This document shows, in pieces, positions 26,812 to 37,498 of a stretch of DNA of 64,000 nucleotides (positions are counted from its first letter, which is position 1; each line of letters starts with the position of its first letter). A model generated the notes under the pieces. It saw only the letters and a program-made list of their open reading frames with translations. It did no database searches and was not told the origin of the DNA. Source of the stretch: Spirochaetales bacterium. GTDB taxonomy: Bacteria > Spirochaetota > Spirochaetia > JABEVK01. The position numbers and the translations under genes were made by a program. The stretch covers positions 320,001 to 384,000 of the forward strand of contig JBAXAI010000001.1 in NCBI GenBank assembly GCA_037142615.1. The letters are read 5' to 3'.

Positions 26812-27255
26812 ATGTTGGAACCTTTTTACAAAGATGGTCTGAAGTTTGAGTGTACTCAGTGTCACGCGTGCTGTCGGCACGATCCGGGGTACGTGTTTCT
26901 TTCCCGGCCTGACCTCCAGGCACTCTGCCAGCAGTTGCATACTTCAGAAAACGACTTTGTCGAACGCTTTTGTCGCTGGGTTGACTTGGGTGACGGCCTA
27001 GTGCTGAGCTTGAGAGAAAAAAAGAACTTCGATTGCATCTTTTGGGATCAGGGTTGCACGGTGTACGCAAGCCGCCCTGTCCAGTGTCGAACATACCCGT
27101 TCTGGGAGAGTCCACTGAAATCACTCGAAAGCTGGACCTGGGAAGGACGTTACTGCCCGGGAGTCAACCGCGGTAAAGTCCATACCCAGAAAGAGATTGA
27201 GGCTGCACTGGCGAAGCGCCGCGAGTCACCGGTCATCCGGGGAGGACAACTTTGA
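26812..27255 (+). CDS. YkgJ family (CxxCxxCC) cysteine-cluster protein
   Basis: FECTQCHACCR, CIFW...C.VY..RP.QCR.YPFW, CPG. Confidence 0.9.
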   Translation: MLEPFYKDGLKFECTQCHACCRHDPGYVFLSRPDLQALCQQLHTSENDFVERFCRWVDLGDGLVLSLREKKNFDCIFWDQGCTVYASRPVQCRTYPFWESPLKSLESWTWEGRYCPGVNRGKVHTQKEIEAALAKRRESPVIRGGQL

Positions 27256-28199
27256 CCTTCCGCTTTTGGGGAACTCGGGGTTCGGTGCCGACACCTTTGT
27301 CACCGGCTGCCGTAAGGGCCAAGATCTCCTCAGTCCTGCAGCGGGTCAAAGCCATCGATGTAGCGAGCGTCGAGGCCAAAGAACGCTTTCTCGCGGGTTT
27401 GCCTGAGGAACTGTTCGGACACGTAGGTGGGAACACGACCTGTCTGGAAGTGGTTTCCCAACAGCAAACTGATGTTGTCTTCGTAGATGCGGGTACGGGA
27501 CTGGTTGAGGCAGGCAGGTTCTATGAGACAAACTCAAAGGGACCCGTCCACTACCACATTTTTCTCACGCACTTTCACTGGGACCACATCCAGGGACTGC
27601 CCTTTTTTCCGGGGCTCAACCGAAGTGAAAACACGATCACACTCTACAGCCCGGTCGGGGGGTTCGAGCGTTTCATCCACGAACAGATGCGGGCCCCATT
27701 TTTTCCTGTGCCGCTCTCTATTTTTCCGGCCCGCGTTGAGTTTTCGGAGCTCAAGGGCAGTCGGGTGACTCTGGGTTCGCTGATCGTTACCTGGAAGACA
27801 GTGCAGCACCCCGGGAGTTGTGTCTCGTATCGGTTTGATGCTGATGACAGAGCACTTGTCTTTAGCACCGATACCGAACTCAGAGCGGCTGATTTTGTGA
27901 AAACCGGTGAAAACAACAAGTTCTACGAGGCCGTGGATGTGCTCGTGATGGATGCCCAATATACCCTCGGCGAAGCCATTGAAAAGGCAGACTGGGGTCA
28001 CAGTTCAGCAAGCCTGGCCGTAGATTTTGCCGTTGAGTTTCACGTGAGATGCTTGTATCTCTTTCACCATGAACCGTCGAATAGTGACGCCAAGATCGAG
28101 GAAATTGGCAGGCTGGCGCAATGGTACGCTGACCACAAGAAGGCTGGACATTTGGAAGTCAAGTTGGCCCGAGAAGGCCGTTCGCAGGTCATCACTTGA
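27252..28199 (+). CDS. MBL-fold metallo-hydrolase
   Basis: FWGTRGS, GGNTTC, DAGTG, THFHWDHIQG, HPG, WGHS, FHHEP. Confidence 0.92.
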   Translation: MTFRFWGTRGSVPTPLSPAAVRAKISSVLQRVKAIDVASVEAKERFLAGLPEELFGHVGGNTTCLEVVSQQQTDVVFVDAGTGLVEAGRFYETNSKGPVHYHIFLTHFHWDHIQGLPFFPGLNRSENTITLYSPVGGFERFIHEQMRAPFFPVPLSIFPARVEFSELKGSRVTLGSLIVTWKTVQHPGSCVSYRFDADDRALVFSTDTELRAADFVKTGENNKFYEAVDVLVMDAQYTLGEAIEKADWGHSSASLAVDFAVEFHVRCLYLFHHEPSNSDAKIEEIGRLAQWYADHKKAGHLEVKLAREGRSQVIT

Positions 28200-28369
28200 G
28201 TAGCCTTGCCATTGAACTCCCAGAGACCGAAGCAAGGGCCTTGATCCGACTGCTGCATGACAGAGACCATCAGGATGCCTTTCCTGAACTGTACGGCCAA
28301 CTCCAGAAGCATTTCTTCGAAATGATGACGATCAGTGAGTTTCAGGCATTGGTTGGAGAAGATCTATGA
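28196..28369 (+). CDS. Small protein (57 aa) missing from the ORF track
   Basis: TTGA overlap at the start and ATGA overlap with mltG at the end; open frame MSSLAIELPETEARALIRLLHDRDHQDAFPELYGQLQKHFFEMMTISEFQALVGEDL. Confidence 0.7.
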   Translation: MSSLAIELPETEARALIRLLHDRDHQDAFPELYGQLQKHFFEMMTISEFQALVGEDL

Positions 28370-29355
28370 AACTGTGGCTGCGTTTGGTGCTGGGAGGCGC
28401 CATGATTGCCCTTCTTTCGATGGGCATAGGCCTTGGTTGGCTCTGGAACGAAAACAAACCTAGCCCCGATCGTGGAACGGTGCAAGTCACCATCCCGTCA
28501 GGAGAAGCGCTGGCAATCACCGCAGGCAGGCTGCAGGACCTACGGATCATTCGTTCCGCTGTCCTGTTCAAGTTGGTTGTTCAATTGAGCGGAGGTTCCA
28601 AAGCCTTTCCGCTGGGCACCTTTGCAGTACCCAGCGGGATGTCGGCCTTGGGGCTCGCCCAGTGGTTTCGAACCTCCACACCCATCCAAGTCAGGGTTAC
28701 CATTCCCGAAGGTTGGACTGCGACCAAAATCGCTAGACTTCTGGAGGAAAAACAGGTTGTTGGTTCCGCACAGTTCCTCGACAAAGTTCGGGCCGACTCT
28801 TTGGAGGGAACTCTGTTTCCTGACACGTATCTCTTTCCTTTGGGTGCCTCTGCCGAAGAGGTCGTTCGTGTCCTGGTACGGAACTTCGCCGAAAAGACAT
28901 CGCCCCTTACTGGGGGTCTGGACCCCCAGTCTCTCCATAACGGTATTGTGATGGCCTCGATTATCGAACGGGAATACCGGGTCACTGACGAAGCTCCGCT
29001 GATCGGTTCGGTGTTCTGGAACCGATTGCAACGAGGAATCCCGTTGGCCTCTTGCGCGACGATCGAGTACATCCTTACAGAGATTCAGGGACGTCCCCAC
29101 CCAAAACGCATCTTCTTTGTCTATACCCAGATCGAAAGCGCCTTCAACACCTATTTGCATAAAGGACTTCCCCCACAACCCATTTGCAACCCGGGCCTGA
29201 CTGCTCTCAAAGCCGCCTTTCAGCCCGCCAAGTCAGAATACCTCTACTTTGTTGTCGCGGACCCAGGGAAGGGTTCACACCGATTCTCCAGTTCTTACGC
29301 CGACCACGAAAGGGCCCGCGAGCAGTACCTGAATACCTACATCTCAAAGAGCTGA
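28366..29355 (+). CDS. mltG: Endolytic transglycosylase MltG
   Basis: N-terminal TM, VTIPEG, LEG.LFPDTY, ASIIERE, NRL, S.FNTY...GLPP.PI.NPG, YLYFV. Confidence 0.95.
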   Translation: MKLWLRLVLGGAMIALLSMGIGLGWLWNENKPSPDRGTVQVTIPSGEALAITAGRLQDLRIIRSAVLFKLVVQLSGGSKAFPLGTFAVPSGMSALGLAQWFRTSTPIQVRVTIPEGWTATKIARLLEEKQVVGSAQFLDKVRADSLEGTLFPDTYLFPLGASAEEVVRVLVRNFAEKTSPLTGGLDPQSLHNGIVMASIIEREYRVTDEAPLIGSVFWNRLQRGIPLASCATIEYILTEIQGRPHPKRIFFVYTQIESAFNTYLHKGLPPQPICNPGLTALKAAFQPAKSEYLYFVVADPGKGSHRFSSSYADHERAREQYLNTYISKS

Positions 29356-29356
29356 A

Positions 29357-31125
29357 ATGCTTTACGACGAAAAACTTCTGCAGGAGATTCTAGACAAGAC
29401 CGACTTGGTCGAACTGGTAGGACGTTCGGTCACTCTCAAGGCGAACGGAAAACGCTGGTGGGGTCTATGCCCCTTCCATGATGAGAAGTCGCCGAGTTTC
29501 ACCGTTAATGCAACCAACCAGTTCTTCTACTGCTTCGGTTGTCAAGAAAAAGGAAACGCGTTCGGCTTTGTCATGAAGCACGATCACCTCAGTTTCCCCG
29601 AAGCGGTCAAAGCGCTTGCTGCCTCGGCGGGCGTAGTGCTCGGAGAAGCCGCGGAACTCACGCAAGGGGACAAGGAAAGGATGGCCTTGCATGAGTTGCT
29701 CGGGCGCCTTACGGGAACGTTTCACCACCTTTTGAATACCCATCCGGAGGCCGGAGCCGCCCGCGAACTGCTCAATCGTCGTGGTGTATCAGCCGAAATG
29801 GTCCAGAAGTTTCAGCTAGGCTACGCACTGCGTGAGTGGGGTTGGATGAAGAACTTCCTCCTCCAGAAGAGCTATAGCGAAGAGTTTCTGGCCCGTTCAG
29901 GACTTTTTAGCTCGCAGAACCGGGATGCCTTCCTTTTCGGGGGTCGTTTGCTGTTTCCGATCCGAGTCACACCCACCGAAACCGTAGGCTTTGGTGGCAG
30001 GCTTTTGGGCGATGGTTCAGGTCCGAAATACCTCAATTCTCCCGAAACCCTCGTCTTCCTGAAACGAAGGACGCTCTATGCCTGGGATCAAGCACTACCC
30101 TCAATCCGAGAACGGCAGCAAGCTGTTCTTTGCGAAGGCTACATGGATGCTATCGCCCTGCATCAAGCCGGAATCACTTGGGCAGTGGCACCCCTCGGAA
30201 CCGCCTTTACCGAAGAGCAGGCCCAACTCCTAAAACGTTACTGCCGTTCAGTTATCTGCCTCTTTGACAGTGACGAAGCCGGCCAAAAAGCCACTACCAA
30301 GGTCATCGAAATCTGCGAACCTCTGGATCTCAACACTTTTGTCGCCCGAACCGTCGGCAGCAAGGATCCTTCGGAACTCCTCGAAAAAGAGGGGCCACAA
30401 GCGCTTCGTCAAATGCTGGAAGAACCCAAGAAAGGTTTTGATTTTCTCGTCGATTTTCGCTATACTGCGTATTCAGCGAACTCGAATGTCGACCTGCGAG
30501 GATTCCTGAGCGAGATGTTTGCCTTCTTGAGGCGCATTGCCAATGGAACCCTTCGGGAGACCTTCTTGAACACGCTTGCCGGCTACTTGGGAGTGCAACG
30601 GGAGACCTTGAAAGAAGACTTTGACAAGGGAGACGCCAAGAAGACTACCCGGGCCCTGTCAGGTACTGTTGTTTCGGTGGTTGATTCCAAGTCGGTTCGG
30701 AGCGTTGAATGGACGCTCATGATGGCGGTGATGACCCAGCCTTCGCTTTTCGGGCGTCTGCGACGGGATTTCAGTCCTGAGACACTGACCGAGTCCAGGT
30801 CGAAGGAACTTTTTGAGGTTCTCGACGGACTCGCCCTGACCGAGAATGGAGCGTTCCCATTGGAAACCGTACTTGAACGGGCTGGTGATGCAGCGTGGAA
30901 GGAAGACCTGGTTCGAAATGTGATGTCAGGCGAGTTTGAGGCAAACGCAGGTCAGGTGATCGACGATGGTCTGTTGTATTTGAAAAAGAGAAAGCTGATG
31001 CTTCAGAGGAAGCGGGTTGGTGAGAGGTTGCGACAGGTGGCGGGAGATTCTGAGGAAACCCAGAGGTTGATGCAGGAGATTCTGTTCTTGGACCGGGAAA
31101 TCACCCGCATGAAGGGGAATGTTTG

Positions 31126-31126
<1 letters not shown>
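29357..31126 (+). CDS. dnaG: DNA primase
   Basis: CPFH.EKSPSF...CFGC zinc finger, [22 protein letters not shown]. Confidence 0.97.
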
Positions 31127-32928
<1,802 letters not shown>

Positions 32929-32941
32929 TTAAGGACGGAAA

Positions 32942-33733
32942 ATGGAAGCCACTTTCGAGAAACTGAGGAGCCTTCAGGAGATTCTTTTTGCCAAGTTCAG
33001 GTTGGAGAAGGAAATCAATGAAATCCCCAAAGCCCTTGTGACCAAGACGGAGGTGCTCAACCGGGCCAAGAAGTCGTTTATCGAAAAGAACGAAGCGGCT
33101 GAAGCCATGAAGGGCAAGGTTCGCCGGCTGAATATCGAGTTGTCGGACGCCACAAAGAAGCGCGAAGACTTCGAGAAACAGATGGATCTGATAAAGACCC
33201 AGAAAGAGTACGAAGCTCTCGACAAGGAAATCCGGGAAGCTACTGAAAAAGAACAGTCACTGCGCAAGGACATTGTCAAAGAAGAGAATGATCTTGAGGA
33301 GCTGCTGATTGGACTGGAAAAGCTCGAGAAGCAAATCAACCTCGATGAGCAAGAACTGAAGGAAGAAAGCGACAAAATTCAGGCGGAAGGTTCCTCCAAA
33401 AAGAACCGTCTGACCGAGTTGACTTCCGAAGAGAGAACAATCACTCCCGGAATGGATGAGGATATTCTTTTCAAGTTTGAGCGGATCATCAAGAGTAAAG
33501 AAGGCTTGGGCATCGTGCCTATCGTCAGCGGCGTTTGCTCTGGTTGCCATATCATTCTCCCGATGCAGTTTGTGAACGAGGTGCGGATGGAGAAGGAAGT
33601 CAAGTTCTGTCCCTATTGCAGCCGTATCCTCTATTTCCAGAGCGGCATGGATCCAGAGAAGAGGGACCAGATCGAAGCGGGGTCTCTTGCGGAACTGATT
33701 GAGGATGAAGAACCCAACGACGACGAAGAGTAA
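32942..33733 (+). CDS. Coiled-coil C4 zinc-ribbon protein (DUF164/CdsZ-like)
   Basis: Long coiled coil, then CSGC...CPYCSRIL; typical position after rpoD. Confidence 0.88.
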   Translation: MEATFEKLRSLQEILFAKFRLEKEINEIPKALVTKTEVLNRAKKSFIEKNEAAEAMKGKVRRLNIELSDATKKREDFEKQMDLIKTQKEYEALDKEIREATEKEQSLRKDIVKEENDLEELLIGLEKLEKQINLDEQELKEESDKIQAEGSSKKNRLTELTSEERTITPGMDEDILFKFERIIKSKEGLGIVPIVSGVCSGCHIILPMQFVNEVRMEKEVKFCPYCSRILYFQSGMDPEKRDQIEAGSLAELIEDEEPNDDEE

Positions 33734-33740
33734 GGAGTCG

Positions 33741-34118
33741 AGCAGGCAGACTGGACCATCGCTGAGTTTGGCTCGACTTCGGGTCACGCGCAGAGGAAAG
33801 TCCGGGCTCCGGAGAACATGACGCCGGCTAACGACCGGGCGCCGTAAGGCGACAGACAGGGCCACAGAAAACAAACCGCCTGGAGGAAACTCTTGGTAAG
33901 GGTGAAAAGGTGGTGTAAGAGACCACCGCGGGCGTAGCAATGCGGCCGGCAGGGCAAACCTCGTCAGGAGCAAAATCAAGCAGCAACGGAATGGTTCGTT
34001 CAACGTTGCGGGTCGATTGCCTTCGAAAGAACCCGCAAGGGTACTTCGAGACAGATGATGGTTGGTCTTTTGGGGACTTCCCGATCGATACAGAACCCGG
34101 CTTATAGGTCTGCCTGTT
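33741..34118 (+). ncRNA. rnpB: RNase P RNA (type A)
   Basis: GAGGAAAGTCCGGGCT, GCCACAGAAA, GGGTGAAA.GGTG, GGCAAACC and ACAGAACCCGGCTTAT conserved regions; P1 helix AGCAGGCAGAC/GTCTGCCTGTT. Confidence 0.96.
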
Positions 34119-34123
34119 TTTTT

Positions 34124-35053
34124 ATGAAAAACTTTCCCACGAGCCGAAAACGAAAACCACTGTCGCTCCTGAGTCGTCTCCTCATAATTCTCGCGATCGT
34201 TTCCCTGCTTTCAGCAGGCGCATTTTTCGTGGTTTCCAGCTTAAGTTCCAAAGTCGCGGTTGGTCCGACACAAGTCAGTATCCTTGAACTCTGGAAGAAC
34301 GGTAGCTACGATGAAATCATAACCAATGGAAATGAGGAACTCAAGTCAGTCCCGATGGATGTTGGAACGCTGGTCTTTTCGGGGTTTGCATACTTCCACA
34401 AGGGTGTCGCGGAGATTTCGGTAGAGAAGAAACTCCCGCTGATCAATTCCTCCATCATTACGCTTCGCAAAGCTCTCCTCGTGCAGAATGTTCCTTTAGT
34501 TCCGCAGATTCACTACATCCTCGGCAAGGCATACTTCCACAAGGGAAAGTTCTACGCCGATCTGGCGATTGAACACTTGAAACAGGCCGAAGCCCTTGGC
34601 TACTCTGCCTCCGATATTAACGAGTACTTGGGATTGTCGTATTCTCTGGTCGCCCGTTACGAAGAGGCCTCCGCTGAGTTCCTTCAGGCGGTGCAAAGAT
34701 CCCCCTCCGACTTGCTCCTGTGGACTCTGGGCGAGACTTACTTCCAGATGCAGAAGATGGACAGCGCCATCCTCTACCTCGGGAGGGCGATCGAGAAGAC
34801 CAAGGACCGCGGCCTTGAACAGCGCTGTCATTTCCTTTTGGGAGACATCTACACCCGCCTCAAACAGTTTGATCAAGCTCAGGGGGAGTACAATACCATC
34901 CTTTCGCGGAACTCAAACTCAGCAGACGCCCATTTCTTTCTGGGTGAAATTGAGAATATGAAGGGGAACAAGGAGGCGGCCCGAACCGAGTGGCGAAAGG
35001 CTTTCAAGATCGATCCGCTGCACTTCAACGCCAACCAGAGGTTGTTCAACTAG
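34124..35053 (+). CDS. Membrane-anchored TPR protein
   Basis: Basic N-terminus plus TM, then multiple TPRs (HYILGKAYF, HFLLGDIY, AHFFLG). Confidence 0.88.
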   Translation: MKNFPTSRKRKPLSLLSRLLIILAIVSLLSAGAFFVVSSLSSKVAVGPTQVSILELWKNGSYDEIITNGNEELKSVPMDVGTLVFSGFAYFHKGVAEISVEKKLPLINSSIITLRKALLVQNVPLVPQIHYILGKAYFHKGKFYADLAIEHLKQAEALGYSASDINEYLGLSYSLVARYEEASAEFLQAVQRSPSDLLLWTLGETYFQMQKMDSAILYLGRAIEKTKDRGLEQRCHFLLGDIYTRLKQFDQAQGEYNTILSRNSNSADAHFFLGEIENMKGNKEAARTEWRKAFKIDPLHFNANQRLFN

Positions 35054-35071
35054 GCTGATTTATGCTATCTT
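35042..35071 (+). promoter_or_regulatory. Possible promoter of the mre operon
   Basis: TTGTTC-18-(TG)C-TATCTT extended -10. Confidence 0.4.
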
Positions 35072-35094
35072 TCCTGTGATTTTCTGGGGGGGAC

Positions 35095-36138
35095 ATGAGT
35101 ATTTTCAGCAACTTCTTTTCTTCATTTTCGTCGGACATAGGTATCGACCTGGGAACCTGCAATACCCTGATTTACCTCCGCGGAAAAGGTATCGTCATCA
35201 ACGAACCTTCTGTTGTCGCTGTGGAACGAGGCACCAAACGGGTTGTTGCAGTGGGCACGGAAGCCAAACATATGCTTTGGAAAACACCTGGTGAAATCAT
35301 TGCCATACGTCCCTTAAGAGACGGGGTGATCGCCGATCTGGAAACTACCGAGAAGATGATTCGCTACTTCATCCAGAAAGTACTCCCCAAGCGGTGGTTC
35401 GTGAGGCCAAGAATGGTCATAGGGGTTCCATCCTGCATTACCGAAGTCGAGCGCCGTGCCGTCGAAGAGTCGGCGTACAAAGCAGGCGCCCGTGAGGTGA
35501 AGATCATTGAGGAATCTCTTGCCGCGGCCATTGGGGCAGATATTCCTATCTTCGAGCCGGCTGGACACATGATCTGTGACATCGGAGGCGGGACGACGGA
35601 AATCTCGGTGATTTCGCTGGGAGGAATGGTTGTCACCAATGCCATACGCCTCGGGGGAGACGAGTTTGACGAGGCGATCATAAAACACGTGCGCAACGTA
35701 CACAACTTGATCATCGGCGAGCAGACGGCAGAGAAATTGAAGATCAGCATTGGCAATGCCGCACCCGACAAGACCATCGAAAAAATGGAAATCAAGGGTA
35801 CAGATGCCATTACAGGGCTGCCACGTCGACTAGAAATTGATTCCATAGAAGTCCGTGAAGCTCTCCAAGAGCCCATCAACGTGGTCATCGAAGAAGTGAA
35901 GAAGACACTCGGTCAGACACCTCCTGAATTGGCGGCCGATATCGTCGAACGGGGAATTGTGATGACTGGTGGAGGGTCTTTGCTCAAGGGTCTTCCCAAA
36001 CTCCTCGCAAAAGAGACGGGTGTACCCGTGTTCCTCGCCGAGAACGCACTCTATTGTGTCGCGTTGGGTGCAGGAATGTACTTTGACCAAGCCAAGCTCA
36101 ACAACAACAGAAGTCTATACAACAACCTGAACACATGA
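35095..36138 (+). CDS. mreB: Rod shape-determining actin homolog MreB
   Basis: [39 protein letters not shown]. Confidence 0.97.
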   Translation: MSIFSNFFSSFSSDIGIDLGTCNTLIYLRGKGIVINEPSVVAVERGTKRVVAVGTEAKHMLWKTPGEIIAIRPLRDGVIADLETTEKMIRYFIQKVLPKRWFVRPRMVIGVPSCITEVERRAVEESAYKAGAREVKIIEESLAAAIGADIPIFEPAGHMICDIGGGTTEISVISLGGMVVTNAIRLGGDEFDEAIIKHVRNVHNLIIGEQTAEKLKISIGNAAPDKTIEKMEIKGTDAITGLPRRLEIDSIEVREALQEPINVVIEEVKKTLGQTPPELAADIVERGIVMTGGGSLLKGLPKLLAKETGVPVFLAENALYCVALGAGMYFDQAKLNNNRSLYNNLNT

Positions 36139-36989
36139 GTAAGTCGTCTCCTTTCCAGCAGTTGCTCCTCCGGTACCGCCGGGGGGCAGTTCTGGTCGGA
36201 TTGTTGCTTGCCTCATCCATCATGATCCTGTTCAACGGGACACCAGGAGTCTCCAGGCCTCAAGAGATCGGGCTAGCGGTATTTTCCTTCTTCCAGGGCA
36301 CTGTGTCCCAGACCTTACATTGGTTTGGCCAATCGGCAGATTCGGTTTCTTCTTTCGCAGACTTGAAATCGCGGTACGACCAAGCAAGCGACAGACTCAA
36401 AAAATACGAGGGGAATGAACGAGAACTGGTGCTGTTGCGATTGGAAAACCAGCGGCTGAAGTCCCAGTTGGATTTCCATGCCTCGCTGTCTTATTTCAAT
36501 GTTGCGGCCGAAGTCATCGGCAAAGACCCGACCCGTGTCTATTCGTCCATGGTGATTAACAAAGGTTACCTAGATGGCATCCGTATTGATCAGCCTGTTG
36601 TTGCCAACCAGAACGGAGTACCTGGACTGGTGGGAAAAATCGCAAGAGTAAGCTTGGCGTCGGCGATCGTTCAACCGGTGCTCGATGCTAATCTTTTCAT
36701 TTCGGCGCGAATGGAAAACTCCCGCAACGAAGGGTTAATTTCGGGGAAGGGGAGCAACGAGGAAGTTCTCGTCATGAACTTCGTCAAGAAAAGGGCGGCT
36801 GCGGACATCTTTGCTGGGGACCTCGTCGTCACCTCGGGATTGGAGTCGATCTATCCAGCAGAATTGCTGATAGGAAGGGTGAGGGGAGTCTCAAGCAAAG
36901 AGTATGAAACCAGTTTGAATATCGAGGTGGAGCCTGTTGTCGACTTCGCCAAGCTTGAGTACCTCTATGTCTTGAGGATGCAGTCATGA
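36135..36989 (+). CDS. mreC: Rod shape-determining protein MreC
   Basis: TM, coiled coil (LENQRLK), [20 protein letters not shown]. Confidence 0.95.
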   Translation: MSKSSPFQQLLLRYRRGAVLVGLLLASSIMILFNGTPGVSRPQEIGLAVFSFFQGTVSQTLHWFGQSADSVSSFADLKSRYDQASDRLKKYEGNERELVLLRLENQRLKSQLDFHASLSYFNVAAEVIGKDPTRVYSSMVINKGYLDGIRIDQPVVANQNGVPGLVGKIARVSLASAIVQPVLDANLFISARMENSRNEGLISGKGSNEEVLVMNFVKKRAAADIFAGDLVVTSGLESIYPAELLIGRVRGVSSKEYETSLNIEVEPVVDFAKLEYLYVLRMQS

Positions 36990-37498
36990 TCCGAGCAGGA
37001 CTTTGGGCAATACTCATACTCGCTGTTCTGCTCTTGCTTCAGACAACCCTCATGAACCTAGTCGTTGTGGCTGGAGTAAAACCCGACATTCTTTTGATTG
37101 TTTTTGTCGTCTTGGCGTCTCAGAACGGTGGTTTGGTCAGTCAACTGGTCGGATTCGTCTTGGGATTGGCTATCGACATCGTCACGACAGCTCCCCTTGG
37201 CTACAATGCCTTCCAGTTCGCGCTCGCCGGCTACCTCTTCGGGCTAGGAAGAGGAAAAGTCTACTATGACCCCTTCATCGTACCAGCCTTAATGGCAGTC
37301 CTGGCGACAGTGTATTCGTCGATCTGTGGCTACCTTGTGTCCCAGGTGTTTCAACTGGGGTTTCCTTTTCAGATGTACTTTCAAATCGGTTTCGTCGTTC
37401 AACTGCTTGTTAATCTGGTTGCGGCTCCGGTGACGTTCTTCCTGTTCAACTTCCTTAAGCAGCGCTTCCAGGATCCGAGGCGGGGCTTCGATGGGTGA
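36986..37498 (+). CDS. mreD: Rod shape-determining protein MreD
   Basis: Hydrophobic; KPD.LL, GF..GL..D; operon position. Confidence 0.92.
   Translation: MIRAGLWAILILAVLLLLQTTLMNLVVVAGVKPDILLIVFVVLASQNGGLVSQLVGFVLGLAIDIVTTAPLGYNAFQFALAGYLFGLGRGKVYYDPFIVPALMAVLATVYSSICGYLVSQVFQLGFPFQMYFQIGFVVQLLVNLVAAPVTFFLFNFLKQRFQDPRRGFDG

Noticed and set aside
26780-26812. Possible integrative element at the tRNA 3' ends
   Set aside because: No integrase, no duplicated tRNA end seen, and core genes follow directly.
26578-26940. 120-aa minus ORF and the 26686 upstream start for ykgJ
   Set aside because: Both run through the tRNA genes and the terminator.
33257-34003. 248-aa minus ORF and the 34055 start for the TPR gene
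   Set aside because: Both overlap RNase P RNA, a typical spurious call.
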